Source: Isurus oxyrinchus (taxonomy: Eukaryota). Taken from it: a DNA stretch of 64,000 bases. The stretch is from positions 49,166,001 to 49,230,000 of the forward strand of contig JANJGN010000012.1 of NCBI GenBank assembly GCA_026770705.1. Reading direction: 5' to 3'. The notes beneath the pieces were generated by a model. The model was not told the origin of the DNA and did not search any database. It saw only the letters and a list, made by a program, of their open reading frames with translations. A program made the translations under genes and the position numbers. Below, piece after piece: positions 1 through 12,808 of the stretch. Position 1 is the first letter of the stretch, and every line of letters begins with the position of its first letter.

Positions 1-485
1 AATGTTCTGTCCCGACTGTGACAATCATATCCCATTTTCTAACTTTCCTGCCTTTTCTTTACCTTCTCCCCACCCCCACCAAGTTTGGCGTGATTAGGCT
101 CAGTCTCGACTGGAGACATTTCCACAGGTGTTGTCAAATGAGGGGTTGTTCTATAATGGAAAAGAAATCTTGCTAATTTAGCCGCTATCAAATCTCCAGG
201 TAATTTCTTCATACCAGATTTGAATGTCTGAGCTGCTCTCTCAGCGAGTCCATTTGAAAAAGGTTGCTATAGAGATGTTTTCACATGAACAATATAATTG
301 AGGCTTGTAAATCAGTTAAATTCAGCACTTGTGAATATTGTTCCATTATCTGATACTAGCACTTCAGGTAATCCATTTATAGTGAAGCTTTGCTCTAGCT
401 TGTCTATTGTCGCTGAAGATGTGGGTGATCTCACTTCCTATATATCCATCCATTATCAATGAGAGTCTATGAGAAGGAGAAACAT
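1..485 (-). pseudogene. Gypsy integrase, catalytic core and downstream part (continues past the window start)
   Basis: Reverse strand reads MFLLLIDSH..WMDI.EVRSPTSSATIDKLEQSFTINGLPEVLVSDNGTIFTSAEF..SNGLAERAAQTFKSGMKK..LARFLFHYRTTPH, an rve integrase with in-frame stops. It continues the HIDYVGPFIGT motif at about 4848-4880. Confidence 0.9.
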
Positions 486-733
486 TTTTTCCCCATCGGG
501 CGGGCCAGTTGGGAGTGGGCGCGGGCAAGTGCGAGCTGATCGCCGCCCACGATTGGCTGCGCGCCGCCATTTTACATGAGTGGACCAAATGAGGATTGCC
601 CAGTGTGAAATGTGGCTCCTAAGGACGGTGGGAGTGGGAGGGCAGCAGTGGGACTGCAATGGCTGCCGGGTCCAATGGTGACCTGTTGGCCTGTTTAAAG
701 AGCACTCAGGCAGACTTGCAAAGGCTGTCAACC

Positions 734-2879
734 ATGGCCAGCAGAAGGGCTCCCCAGAGTGCTGCTGGTGAGCAGGCCAGGCAGGAGAGCAGGTCAGCAG
801 GGCACTGTGTCCCTCGCTCCTTGGATGAGTGCCTTGCTGCCCTCCTCGAGGAGTTGGCAGCACAGCGTGAATCCCCGTTCTGAGGGACATGAGGAGGAGG
901 CACATGACCAAATGTGCCTGGGAGGAGGTGGCAGAGATAGTGAGTTCACATGACGTGGTGCAATGCACCTGGGTTCAGTGCCACAAGTGTTTCAATGACC
1001 GCTTGCGTTTGGGAAGGGTGAGTACCATGCTGGCATCAGTCACTTGACGCAGCAGGTAGGCTTCCCCCGGCCCCTCCCACCAGCACTGAATACGGCATGT
1101 GTCCTTCACTGGGTGGGCCAGCATTTATTGCCCACGCCTATTTCACCCTGAGAGGGTTGTGATGAGCTGGGTTCTGCACCCACTGCATGTGGTAGACTGA
1201 TGCCCATTGTGCTGTTTTGGGGGCTACCTCAAGGATCTGTACCTAGCCACAATGCTGGAACTCTGAAACATGTCAAAGCCAGGCTGCTGACATGCTGGGA
1301 GGGGAACTTCCAGTTGGCAGGGCACCCATCCATCTGCTGCCCTTGGCGTTCCACTTGCTTGTGCTTCCTTGCTTTGCAAGGTTATTCTGTGTGGGTGGCA
1401 AATGTGATGGAGACAGCATGTGGGCAAGGGGGTCAGCCCTGGCTGCTTGGTGTGAGTGTGTGGCTGCTGCAGGGTCACAATTCACTGGAGCCCTGCAATG
1501 TTTCACTCAGGTGGGGGTGGCAGGGCTGCAATGGCAATCCAGCTACAGGGTGGACTAATCAATGCTCCTCCTTTCAGGAGAAGACCCGCACACAATTACG
1601 CAGAGAAGGTGCAGACTGGTGGAGGCTGGGCATAGATGGTGATTATAACCAGATACAAGCAGGAGGCAATGGATCTGGAGAGGCGCCATGCACCCAGGTC
1701 TACTGCTGGCTGTGAGGCTGGGGTGCCAGGGGGAGTTAAGAGGCAGAGCCGTGTACTGGGGTCATAATGTCTGTCATTGCAACCATTCCACTGTTGAATG
1801 TTTAGTGATTTAAGCTTCCAGCATGGGTTTCCCATGGATTATGGAAGGAGGAACGCATCCTGATTCGGGGGCCAGACATGCACATTGACATTGTCTTGAC
1901 ATGAACTAATCAAATGTCCTTGTTCTTCCTTTCAGTCTCACCGGAGCACCCCTGGGATGAGGAGGCAGAGGGGGCACCACAAACACCTGAGGGCCCGGAA
2001 GAATTACAAGCACCAGCATCACACCATCTCAGCCAGGCAGGCATCAGCGCAGATACTAGCATCTCGGGGATTAGATCATCGGCTAGTGTCCCGGGGCACA
2101 GCAGTGAGGGCACTTCACACTTGCTTGAGGCACAGACGGAGACAGAGTGCCCAGGGTACTGGCAGTCAGTGGACAGCAGGGGACCAGGAACATGCTCAGT
2201 TGGTGACTGATGATGGCCTCTGGAGTCGTCCATGAGGAAGCAAACGCTGGAAGTCCAGCCGGGTGTGCGGGAGGATCTGGCGAAGATACATGAGGCAATG
2301 CGTGGCATGGTATCTGTGATGGAGGAGTCCATGCAGAGCATCAGCAATTCTTTGACCCACATGACCGAGCACCATGCGTCCTCCATGGAGAGAGTGGCGA
2401 CTCTCATGGAGAGGCTCCTTTAGGAAACCAATCAAAGCTTCTTGGGGATGCATTTGGACCTGCAAGCCCTCACAGCGGCATCGACATCAGCTGGTCAGCG
2501 CCAGTGTGGGCGATGGATTGGGCACCAAGTGTCCCAGCTCGGTGCTCATCCATCAATAGTGAGCAGGGAGGTCCGAAGCAATGAGCTGCCTGTCATCTCT
2601 GCGGGCTCCTCTCAAGGCGCTCCGATTGAGGGTAGCAGCTCCTCCACCCCTCTGCCAGTGACCGTGGGATCCGATGGGGCTGCGACAATTGGGGAGATGC
2701 CAGCTGTGGAACTGGCTGCTCCCTCCCAGGCGGGGCCATCAAAGGCTCCATGGGCCAGAGGATATCTGTCAAGGTCATCAAGGTGAACAGGACAGCAAAG
2801 TGAGCAGGCTGTCTCCAATGCCAGCGAGGGGGGAGGATCTAGACGAAGCACCCGAAAACGTAAGCATAAGGCACCTTAG
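734..2879 (+). pseudogene. Harbinger Myb/SANT-like DNA-binding partner gene, 3 exons (about 734-1017, 1578-1730, 1936-2879)
   Basis: Exon 1 reads CVPRSLDECLAALLEEL..WEEVAEIVSS..CTWVQCHKCFND and ends at GTGAGT (1018). Acceptors are CTTTCAG (1577) and TTCCTTTCAG (1935). Exon 3 is a coiled coil ending in basic RRSTRKRKHKAP*. Stops and frameshifts are present. Confidence 0.8.
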
Positions 2880-3202
2880 GCACAACACGGGCTTCTCGCT
2901 GGTGGTTTTCTGTTGCCCCACTATTAGTTGATTATAATTTGATGTGCAGTTCAACACCTTTGAATTAAGTCTCTTTTCTGTTTTATCTGATAAATTCATT
3001 AAATCCTCCATTTGTGAACATGGCTCAGCGTGATTCCTTATGTCTGCAGGCAGGAATCCATGATGTTATGAGTGACTTGTTTGTCATTGAGCTTTATTGA
3101 CAAGGCACATAGTTAATGTTCCTAACCAGGCAGATGTTGCTGTCAGGTATCGAGTATGGAGCTTGCAGCCCTGGCATGTGTTGGAGGTCCATCTGTGGTA
3201 GG

Positions 3203-4353
3203 CTAGCTGAAGGTTTGTTGGATCAAAGCCTCCCAGGTGTCCCTGCCTTCCTAGTCAGCATCTATCCCCTCAGCATTCTCCTGAGCGTGCTCGTCCTCGG
3301 ACTCACTACTGGACTCATCGTCTGCAGCCAGGGCATCAGCGTCCCCTTCTTCCTTCACTGCGTTCCCCCTTTCCAGCACCAGATTGTGGAGAGCGCAGCA
3401 TGCAACCACTATCAGCGACATGCGATCTGGGGGGGTACTGGAGTGCGTCCCCTGAACGGTCCAGGCATCGGAAGCGCATCTTGAGAAGACCGATGGTTCT
3501 CTCTACCACAGCCCTTGTGGAGCCGTGGCTCCTATTGTAACGCTGCTCAGCCTCTGTTCTTGGATGGCAGAGAGGCATCATGAGCCACCTGTTGAGGTGA
3601 TAGACCCTGTCACCCAGCAGCCATCTATCAAGCCGGGCTGGAGCACTGAAGAGTCTCGACACCTGGGAGTGTCTAAGTATGTAAGCATCTTGGCAGCTGC
3701 CTGGGTACCTTGCACAGACATGCAGAATCTGCAGCTTGTGATCACACACTATCTGTACATTCATGGAGTGGAAGCCCTTCATGTTGACAAAAGCACCAGG
3801 CTCATCCGCTGGCCACATGTGTGCAGTCGATTGCACCCTGGATGCGGGGGAATCCAGCAATCACTGCGAAGCCTCTGGTTCACTCGGTCTGGCTGGCCTT
3901 GTCCCAGCAGTAGTGAATGAAAGTCAATGCAGGCCTGAACATAGCGTCTGTAACCTGCTTGACACAACTATGGAGACTCCGCAAAGGTCACCCACCGACC
4001 CCTGGAAAGAGCTGGAGTTATAGAAGTTGAGGTCACCCATGACCTTCAACGACACTGACATTGTGACCACCCACATAGGTGGTGCATTTCTCAGGGCCTA
4101 TCATCCGACAGATAGAGGTCACTGTCTCTCTCGTTCGGCACTGCACCTCAGACATATTGAGGGAGCTGCTTCGCTGCCTCAATATGCTCCTTCTGCCTTG
4201 AACTTCCTGTTGGCCCCACACCCCTTGAGCCTGCGCCTATGACCCCAAAGATGGCTCCCCTGGAGGCTGAACATGGACTCCTGGCCTCCTCCCCCTTCTA
4301 GCCCTCCCTTCCTCCTCAGAGGAGGTGACTCCAGCGGAGAGCACAACCCCCAT
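3203..4353 (-). pseudogene. Harbinger (HARBI1-like) DDE transposase
   Basis: Motifs FVNMKGFHSMNVQIVCDH, ARYPGSCQDAYIL, WLLGDRVY and RAVVERTIGLLKMRFRCLDRSG; frameshifted. Confidence 0.92.
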
Positions 4354-4844
4354 TCCCAGGGTAAGGGAAGGCTGCCTGAAAACAGCAAGGCCCCAAAAAT
4401 TATGTTTACTCCAGAGTCCTGACCTGAAGCCTGATACTCCTATACTAGCAGCTGTGAAGAGATTTGAGTTTTCCTGCTCACGCAGGCAAGTAACTGTAAG
4501 TTTAAACATTAAATGTCTACCAAAGACCACTCGCGACTCCACTCACCCTCTTACCCTGCACGTGAATGAGGCTTTTAAAAATGTGGCCTACCCGCCTGCC
4601 AGTTGCGCCTGTGCAATGATCTGAAGATCACATGGGCCCTGAAAAATTGCCAGATGTTGGTGTCAGGCCTTAACTGGCCTGTTAATTAATGGCGGATGCG
4701 CATTGGAGATCATTGCACACCCGCCTGCCAAACTATCGTGATGGCGCATGGTGACATTGGGACACACGCCCGATGTCACCAAGTGTCATATTACCTGCCG
4801 GCTTGCGGGGTCTGCCCCCACACACCAAAGAGAAAAATCTGCCC

Positions 4845-7800
4845 ACTGTTCCGATAAAAGGTCCCACATAGTCAATGTGTGCTCGTACCCATAGCCTTCC
4901 TGGCCACTCCCAGGGGTGTAAAGGAGTGTTGCAGGTAATTTTTGCATTTGTTGACACTGCATACAACTTCTCACTAAGTTTTCTATCTCTCCGCCCATTC
5001 CCAGCCCACCACATATAGCCACATGCTGTTGCCTTCATTTTGGAAATTCCGGGATGTGCACTGTGAAGTTCAGGTAATAATGGCTTTTGCCCTTTTGGAG
5101 GAACAATCACCCGAGCTCCCCACAATAAAATACCTTCTTGGCTGGTTATCTCCTATCTTCTCTGGAAAGACGGCTTCGTTTCACCAGATTCTTGTGTTTG
5201 TGACCAACCATAAAGAACTTGATTCCTCACTTTGGATAAGACTGGATCTTAATTAGTCCAACCTTTAATTTGTTTAGCACATATCAGTGATGTGTCCAGG
5301 AAGTTCAATAATAAAACAAATTCCTGAGGAATTGGAACATCATCATCTTTTACCTGCAAGGGTAAATGAGTGCATCTACATTTGCAATTTAACTTCTGGG
5401 TCTATGAATAAAAGTATACTCATACGCTGCCAAGATCAACATCCATATTTCTACTCTTGCTGAAGCTATAGGAGATATAGCCTTGTATTCACTAAATAGT
5501 CCTAATAATGGCTTGTGGTCTGTTATGATAGTAAAATGATGACCATGTACATATTGATGAAACGTTTTGATGCTGAAAATGATTGCCAGGCCTCCTTTCT
5601 CTATTTGTGAGTACTTTTTCTCTGCAGTACTAGTGTTTTCGGCACATAATCTATAGGTCGTTTTGATCCATCATCCATTCGTTGGAAAGCACTGTTGTCA
5701 CTCCGTAAAGTGATGCACCAAACATTAATATCAACTCCTTTTTAGGGCCAAAATGTACTAGCAGTACAGAAAACTGTAACAACTTTTTCACTTATGTGAA
5801 AGCTTCTTCTTGTGGTGTTTGCCATGACCACCTCTGGTTTTTCCTGAGCAAGTAATACAGTGGTGCCAGTTCTGTCGACAGATTAGGCAAGAAATGTCCA
5901 TAGTAATTGATCATCCCCAAGAATGATTTCGATTCGGGTGTATTCTTTGGTTTTGGGGCTTCTTTAATGGTTTTCACTTTCTCTTCAACTGGATGTAGAC
6001 CTTGTGAATCTACCATGTGACTTAGGTAAGTTACCTCTTTCGCCTGGAATGTGCACTTTTCCTTTTTCAATCTCACTCCAACCTGCGAAAAACGTTTCAG
6101 AACTTCTTCCAAGTTCATCAAATGTTCCTTTTCAGTGAGTCCAGTCATGAGAACATCATCCAAATAAACTATAACATGAGGCATCCGCAGTAAATTTTCC
6201 ATGGTTCTTTGGAATATTGTGCAAGCAGATGTGCCAAATGGTAAATGGGTGTATTGGTACAACCCTTATGTGTATTTATCATGACCAACTTCTGGGATGC
6301 CTTCTCTAATTCTAATTGCTGGTAGACATGACTCATCTAACTTCATGTAGGCTTTCCCACCTGCCAGTTTAGCATATAGATCTTCAATTTTAGGTATGGG
6401 GTGTCTATCCAATTTTGCCACTATATTAACTGTTAATTTGTAGTCCCCACACATCCTTATACTTCAGTCAGGTTTGAGAACAGGTACAATTGGAACTGCC
6501 CAGTCTGAAAATTGTCCTGCTTGTATCACTCCTAGTTTTTCTAATCTGTCCAGTTTGGCATCTACCTTTTCCTGCATTGCATAAGGTATTGGCCTTGCCT
6601 TCATAAATCTTGCTGTTGCCTCTGAATCTAATGAATTTTTGCATGTAACCCCTCTATTTATCCAACTTCTTCCTTGAAAAATGGGGCACGTTTTTGTACC
6701 AGGCTGTGATAGCCCATTAGTTCTCAGTTGGAAGATTTCAGTCCATTCCAATTTAATTTCTTTCAACCAGTTTCATCTGAGGAAACTAGGCCTCTTGTCT
6801 GCTACTATCATCAAGAGTAATCTCACTGTTTGATCTTCATAGCGTACTGTGACTTTACATACACTTTGACCTGTATGTCTTCTCCTGTGTAAGTTTTTAA
6901 TTTTTCATCAGTTTCTTCTAAATTCAACTTCCGTTCTCCCTGATTCAGGTATTTGAACGTCTGTTCACCAATCACCATAGTGGCTGCTCCGGTATCCACC
7001 TCCATTCTGAGAGGCTTCTCATTCACTCTCATGGTTACATGGATAGGTTCTGTCCTTCCTACCTTTAAATTATGTACTGAATAGTTATCAGCATCTATTA
7101 CTTCAGGCTTTTCAACTGTTTATCTCATTGAGTTTTTGCGTTTGTCTGACAGTCTGCCTGATTCTATCCTTACAATGTCTCATGAGGTCTCCAGTTCGAT
7201 GGCAGAAGAAGCATTCGATCTTTTAAACTGGTTTTCATTATGCCTCTGCTTCCACCTCTGTCACTATTATGCCATGTTTTTGCTGCTTGGTTTTCCGTTT
7301 TTATTTGTCTGCTAATGGTGGCTGCTTCCCACTTTGGAACAAAGCTCTGCAATTTTGCACTCTTTTTAGTTGAGTCTCCTCATCCAACATGGAGGATGGC
7401 ACCATTTTCTGCTTCTGAATCTCACACTGCACCTTCCATTGCAAGAGCATTTTCTAATGCCTTTGGATTTGTCTCAGCCAACAATCTCTTCTGCATCGCA
7501 TTTTTGTTTATACCGCACACCAAACGATCTATAAGCATAACATTAATAGAAGTGCCAAACTCACAATATTCAGTTAATTGCTTCAGACTTGCCACATAAC
7601 AAGCGACTGTCTCCCCCACAGCTCCATTTCTTCAGTTAAATCTAAAGCGTTGGATTGTCACTGACAGCTTGGGCTGGTAATGATTCTTTACGAGGTTCAC
7701 TAAATCATCAAAACTTTTTGAGTCTGGGGCACTAGGTGCCAACAGATTCCAAATTAGTCCATATGTCTCACTCCCACATGTGGACTGAAGGATTGTGCAC

Positions 7801-8391
7801 CTCTTCTCCTCCCCGGCAATGTTGTTCATCTGGAAGAAGAAAGTGAGGTGTTCAACAAAGTGAGACCAGTCATCCGAGGTTGGATCAAAAAACTCCACTC
7901 TTCCAAATTGCGGCATGCTCTGAGAGGATTATTTCAACACTAAGAAGGAAATTGTCTTTTACTTATGGCTACTGTGCAAAGATTTCGCTTCTTCTGGATT
8001 CCTTCATTTTTCCTCACTTTTTACCTAATTTTTTCCATGGTTTTTCGTGCTTTTACTCTCATCACCAGTTTGTTGGATCCAGCGCCCTTGGTTTGTTGGG
8101 GCTAAAGGATCCAGGTTGCACGTTTGTTTCAGGGTGACAGAGTTGGTACAGAGACAGAGAACATCCGGAGATCATTGTTAGAATAAGCACAGGCTGATTA
8201 TTTACCAGCTAAACTCAGTAGCTACACTTGTGTGCTCACTATACAAAACTCTGTCTTCACTCATCAATGACTAACTCAAGGCTCTGTCACATAGAGGTAG
8301 CCCACCCTACACTGCTATTGGATATTAAAATCATGTGACCCTATTACAATACTTGTCCTAAAGGTATATTACATATCAGATTACTACAACA
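4845..8391 (-). mobile_element. Gypsy LTR retrotransposon, 5' part (LTR-gag-PR-RT-RNaseH-IN N-terminus), decayed
   Basis: gag starts MPQFGRVEFFDP at 7916, with a degenerate CCHC at about 7200. Protease MEVDTGA, RT CGDYK and YLDD, integrase HSAHPGISKMK and HIDYVGPF. PBS-like TGGTGATGAG at 8067-8058. Confidence 0.93.
8071..8391 (-). repeat. 5' LTR of the Gypsy element
   Basis: TGTTG...CAACA termini, adjacent to the PBS-like sequence and upstream of gag. Confidence 0.8.
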
Positions 8392-9031
8392 ATGACCATA
8401 TCGGCCCCACAGTGAGCTGTAAAGCTGTGTCTTTTATTTGATCAGTTAGGTGCTGATGCACAATGACCTCCAAAGTAAATGATTGAAAAATATGCATCAA
8501 CAGTTCCTATTTTCCTGAGAAAGTTAAAACTGATGACTGTATAGGTGAATGGTTAATGTGTTCCTGTGGCATTAACCTGTCCTCCATTAACATAATGCAA
8601 AGCAGAATCTCTTAGGAACAGGTCAATCCTTCACCCATTAATACTGAAGTAATTTCTTATCCATGGAGAGCCCACCCTTTAATATTAGGGACACATGCAC
8701 TTACCTGAGTTTAGTTACATGTCAGTAACAATCCAGGTTACCACTGGTAAGGTTCCTGCTGCTTCCTCAGGTCTGGTCTGTGCCACTCATTAAGGTTTTG
8801 ACCTGAAGCATTATCTGGAACTCAGTGACACCTCTTATCTTCTAGGACAGGCAGTAAATCAAGTTCGTTGGGTCATTACAAAAAATGTACAGCACAAAAA
8901 ACAGGTTTTTCAGTCAAACTGGTTCACGTCAACGTTTATACCCCACTTGAGATTTCTCTCTTCATCTCACTCCATCAATATATCCTTCTATTGCCTTCTC
9001 CCTTTTGTGCTTATAGAGGATCCCTTTACAT

Positions 9032-9732
9032 GGGCAGGATTTTACCATCGGCAAGTGGGGGCGGGACCCACACACTGACGCATAAAATGACACAGGATGA
9101 CGTGGGCGGAACTCCTGACATCATCCCGTCCCATTTAAATTTTCAGGAAGGTGGGAGCGCAGCAAAATCAGCTGTGCACCCGCCAACCTGTCATTGACCA
9201 ATTGAGGCCATTGAGAGATCAATTAAAGTAAGTAGTGGACCTACCTGTCCAACCTTAAGGTTGGCTGGCAGGCCAGGAGCCCCAGCGGCAACTAGAAAAA
9301 ACATGAAACCTCTTCCGCTGGCGGGATGAGGTTTCATGTAGGGTTTTAAAAATTGTAATAAAGTTGTTATGGAAATTATGAATATGTCCCAACTCATGTG
9401 ACATTGTCACATGAGGGGACATGTAAGGGAATTTTTTTCTCTATTTTTAATATTTTTAAAAGTTGAGGCGATCTCCCTGCAGCATTTAGCCTCAGGGAGA
9501 TGAGTGCGCTCTTTCATGCATATGCGTGAAAGAGTGCATTCTCGATTGTAGGGAATCCCCCTGCCCGCACAGGGAGTGCAGAGCGCTTCCCTGCAGACAT
9601 CACGCTGGGTGGGCCTTAATTGGCCCGCCCGTGTAAAATGGTGGCGCGGCCCCGATCGCCAGCGGCGATCAGCTCCATGCCCACCCGCGATTGGGTCAGC
9701 TCCGCCCGCCCGACGAATGGAAAATTCAGCCC
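9032..9732. mobile_element. Non-autonomous Harbinger (MITE) related to copies 1 and 4
   Basis: TIRs GGGCAGGATTTT / AAAATTCAGCCC. Both subterminal regions align by eye with the ends of the 46530-50743 element. No coding capacity. Confidence 0.85.
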
Positions 9733-11250
9733 AATGTGTCTATGCTATTCACCTCAACTACTCCTTGTGGCAGTGAGTTCCACATTCTCACCATTCTCTG
9801 GGGAAAGGAGTTTCTCCTGAATTCCCTATGGATTTCTTAGTAAGTATCAGGAACTATATGGTCTCTATTAGACTAGCGGAAACATCACTTCCTGTAATTG
9901 CAACGAAAATTTTAGGGCATGTATGAAACAAGGAAGATTAACTGATACATAAAAGGCTGGTATACTGTCCTTTCAGAATTAACTCCTATCCATTAGAAAT
10001 GAGGAGAGTTGGTCTCTAACAACTCAGCTTTGAGCTAATCATGTTGCTTCCTAGAATAGTTTCCACTGTACACAATACTGGAGGGCATTTCACACTCCCC
10101 TGTCTTTCCCACCCATTTTAACGCCCTTCCCTAGAGGAGCGAGAGTCAACATTTAATGACCTCAGTGATGTCATGTCATTTTCATCGTGAGCGAGGTCAA
10201 GGGCCACCTGGTCTTGACCCACAATGCCAGGATCCTGACCACTGAGAATTTAACTTTATTTTTTATATAGTTTAATGGTCCTTGTGGACCAGAAGTAATA
10301 ATAACTTGTATTTCTACAGTACACTAGCATAATAAAATACCCCAAGGCATTCAGCTGTTAACGATTGATTACCCACCCCACCCCCACCTCCACTCCCACC
10401 ACCTGCCCCCGCCTAGGTTCACATGATGAACATGGAAAGAAGTCACTAGGATGCTAGGGTAGGATGCTAGATGTTTGAAGGAATCTGAAGAGCTGTCCTT
10501 ACTTTCCTCAGGTTGAGAGGACATGGGGGATATTTGGAAAAGGAAATTCCACAGACTGAGAATTGCCTTAGGGTTGCATCATGGTTGCCCCTCTAAAAAG
10601 AGTGGTCTTCAGAAGGATTTACACACAAGTTTCCTGGGTCTCTGAATCTGCTTTCCCACTTGTGCAAAAAGTGGGTAAGTAACTGAACTACCCCAAAGTT
10701 CCTGTGCAATTCAGCCAGTGATCTTCAGTAGAAGATTACAGGATATTCATATAAAAGAGGATCAGTGATTGGCTTCTTCATTCCCCGCTCTAATAACTTC
10801 AGTGCATGCCATAGCAAATATTTTTATGATATTTGTAGCAAATTCCAACTACTGAGATACCATTTGGACCCAGAGGGAAGCAGGTCAGAGCGTCAGGGAA
10901 GAAAAATATAGAACTTCACTGATACTAAACCTCAATAAAGAACTTTAAGGAAGGAGGCTGTCTTGTGGGCATGCCCACAGCAGAACTGGTACAGCAACAC
11001 ACTCTTGCCCACCCTCAGAAACAACACCTACTCGAAGCAACACTTCTACAAAAAACTCTTTATACTGCACTTTGTTAAAGAAGTGCGACAACCCAGGCCC
11101 CCTCATAGCAATTACTGTCACACACAGCCCTAAAACTCTCTCTTTCACTTTAACACCCTCATAGCCTCCCACATCTCTATATTTGCCACTCTCTTCTACT
11201 TGGGACACACTCATCAACTACTAACCAATCTCCAGAACATGGCTCCGAGT

Positions 11251-11499
11251 TGTTGTATTGTTATAATGATATAAAGGCACCAATCACTCATAAGAGATGA
11301 GTAAGAACTCTGTAGGTTCATTTATTTAAACTAGGCACATGAGACCACATATACATGGATAGGATACTTAACAACATCAGCAGCAGGGCTGTGTGTGCTG
11401 TGTCCTATTGAAAGAAAAAGTGAAACTAAAACTGGATCACATGACACACTTCCTTTTTAGTGATGTCATGCTGCAATCCCTTAAAGACATATTACAACA
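11251..11499. repeat. Solo LTR (Gypsy-type)
   Basis: TGTTGT...ACAACA termini; 5-bp TSD CGAGT/TGAGT (CpG decay). Confidence 0.8.
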
Positions 11500-12361
11500 T
11501 GAGTGACCTAGGAGACAAATTACAGGGGCACTAGAAAATGTTGTGCTTTTCTCACTTTCTTTATATGCCTATTTCAACTACTGACCTTACCCTTACCCAC
11601 TTGATCTTTTTGAAGACCAGCTGGCACACAATCCCTGCTAAAGACATGTCACCAGAGAGCAAATGCCCAGCTTTAGCCATCCCACCCCTTTTGAGGACAA
11701 GGCCATACTGCTTCTGCTGTGGTAGTTAGTGAACTCAGTTGCATCTTGTGAATATCAGATTAGGAACATGAGCACTTACATGAAATCCCTCTGAAGCCCA
11801 ATAGAGACCCAACGTTCCATCCTTTTTCTCTGTCTCTTAATTCCAAGGGGTTAATGCTCACACATTCATGACCTTCCACCCTTCACTGTGGATCTACCAC
11901 ATGGACAGAGTAAGGAAGATAATGCTCTAAAGATTCTGGTCCCCTCTGTCAAAGCTGCTCAATATTCCTGGATCATGCAAAGATAACTCACTGCTCCTCT
12001 TCCCCCAAGAAACCATCTTCTTAAATTCCTCTTCACTGTCCTTCCAACATTACCTTCAAAACATACAAGGAACTTATGGATTCACCAAGGATAAGTCTAA
12101 CCATTCAGCTGCCCTTGCCACATCTCTCCCTTTTCCTAGTTCACCATGCCAAACTTCCCTACAAGGCTTTGTACTGCCTTGAATAGGCTTCTTTCTTCAG
12201 TTTCTCTCCTTTTTTCCCTCATGCCCTTTCCAAGCTCATCTTGTACATGGAGCCAACCTCATAAACCCTCAATCCTATTCCTACTGGGTTGTTGACCATC
12301 TAGAGGATCATGGCAATGGCTCTATTTCCACTCCTACTGTTACCCCTGGTGAAGGTTGCCA

Positions 12362-12543
12362 GCATAATCCCAGAGAACCATAGGCTGCTCTCTCATTAGA
12401 TTGAGAGAGGTGACTGGTGGTGAGTTTAACCTGAGGGTCACCACATCTCAGGCAAAGGGTGAGGTTGAGAATTGAACCCGTGATGTTGCCATCAGTCTGC
12501 ATCACAGACTAGCCGTACAGCCAACTGTGCTAACCGACCCCCA
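12362..12543 (-). mobile_element. tRNA-derived SINE
   Basis: Reverse strand head GGGGGTCGGTTAGCACAGTTGG (A box) ... GGGTTCAATTC (B box). Confidence 0.75.
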
Positions 12544-12619
12544 GTGTTTTCCCTCAAGGACCTATCTTTCCTATTTCTCGTCTACACGCTCTCTTGGTGA
12601 CATTGTCTGAAAACACTAG

Positions 12620-12808
12620 TACTCTGGATGCTGGAAATCTGAAATAAAAACAGAAAATGCTGCAAATACTCAGCAGGTCTGACAGTATCTGTGGAGAGAT
12701 AAACAGAGTGAATTGATGAAGATCATCAACCTGAAACCTTAACTCTGTTTTCTCCACAGACACTGCCTGACCTGTTGAGTATTTCCAACACTTTCTGTTC
12801 TTATTTCA
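12620..12808. repeat. Palindromic Penelope-like (pLTR-derived) short repeat
   Basis: About 65-bp inverted arms (CAGAAAATGCTG..CTCAGCAGGTC..GTGGAGA) around a decayed TGATGAAG..TGAAAC core. Confidence 0.7.

Larger units (their letters stand above)
487..4844. mobile_element. PIF/Harbinger DNA transposon copy 1 (decayed two-gene element)
   Basis: Right TIR AAAAATCTGCCC ends at 4844; the left TIR is truncated. Contains convergent Myb/SANT and HARBI1-like genes. Flanked by ATT/ACT inside the Gypsy integrase. Confidence 0.9.

Noticed and set aside
3203-4353. Domesticated HARBI1 or NAIF1 host genes
   Set aside because: All copies lie between TIRs with TSDs and carry stops or frameshifts, so they are transposon relics, not the domesticated genes.
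12480-12543. tRNA gene
   Set aside because: A and B boxes are present but there is no full cloverleaf; it runs into a SINE body.
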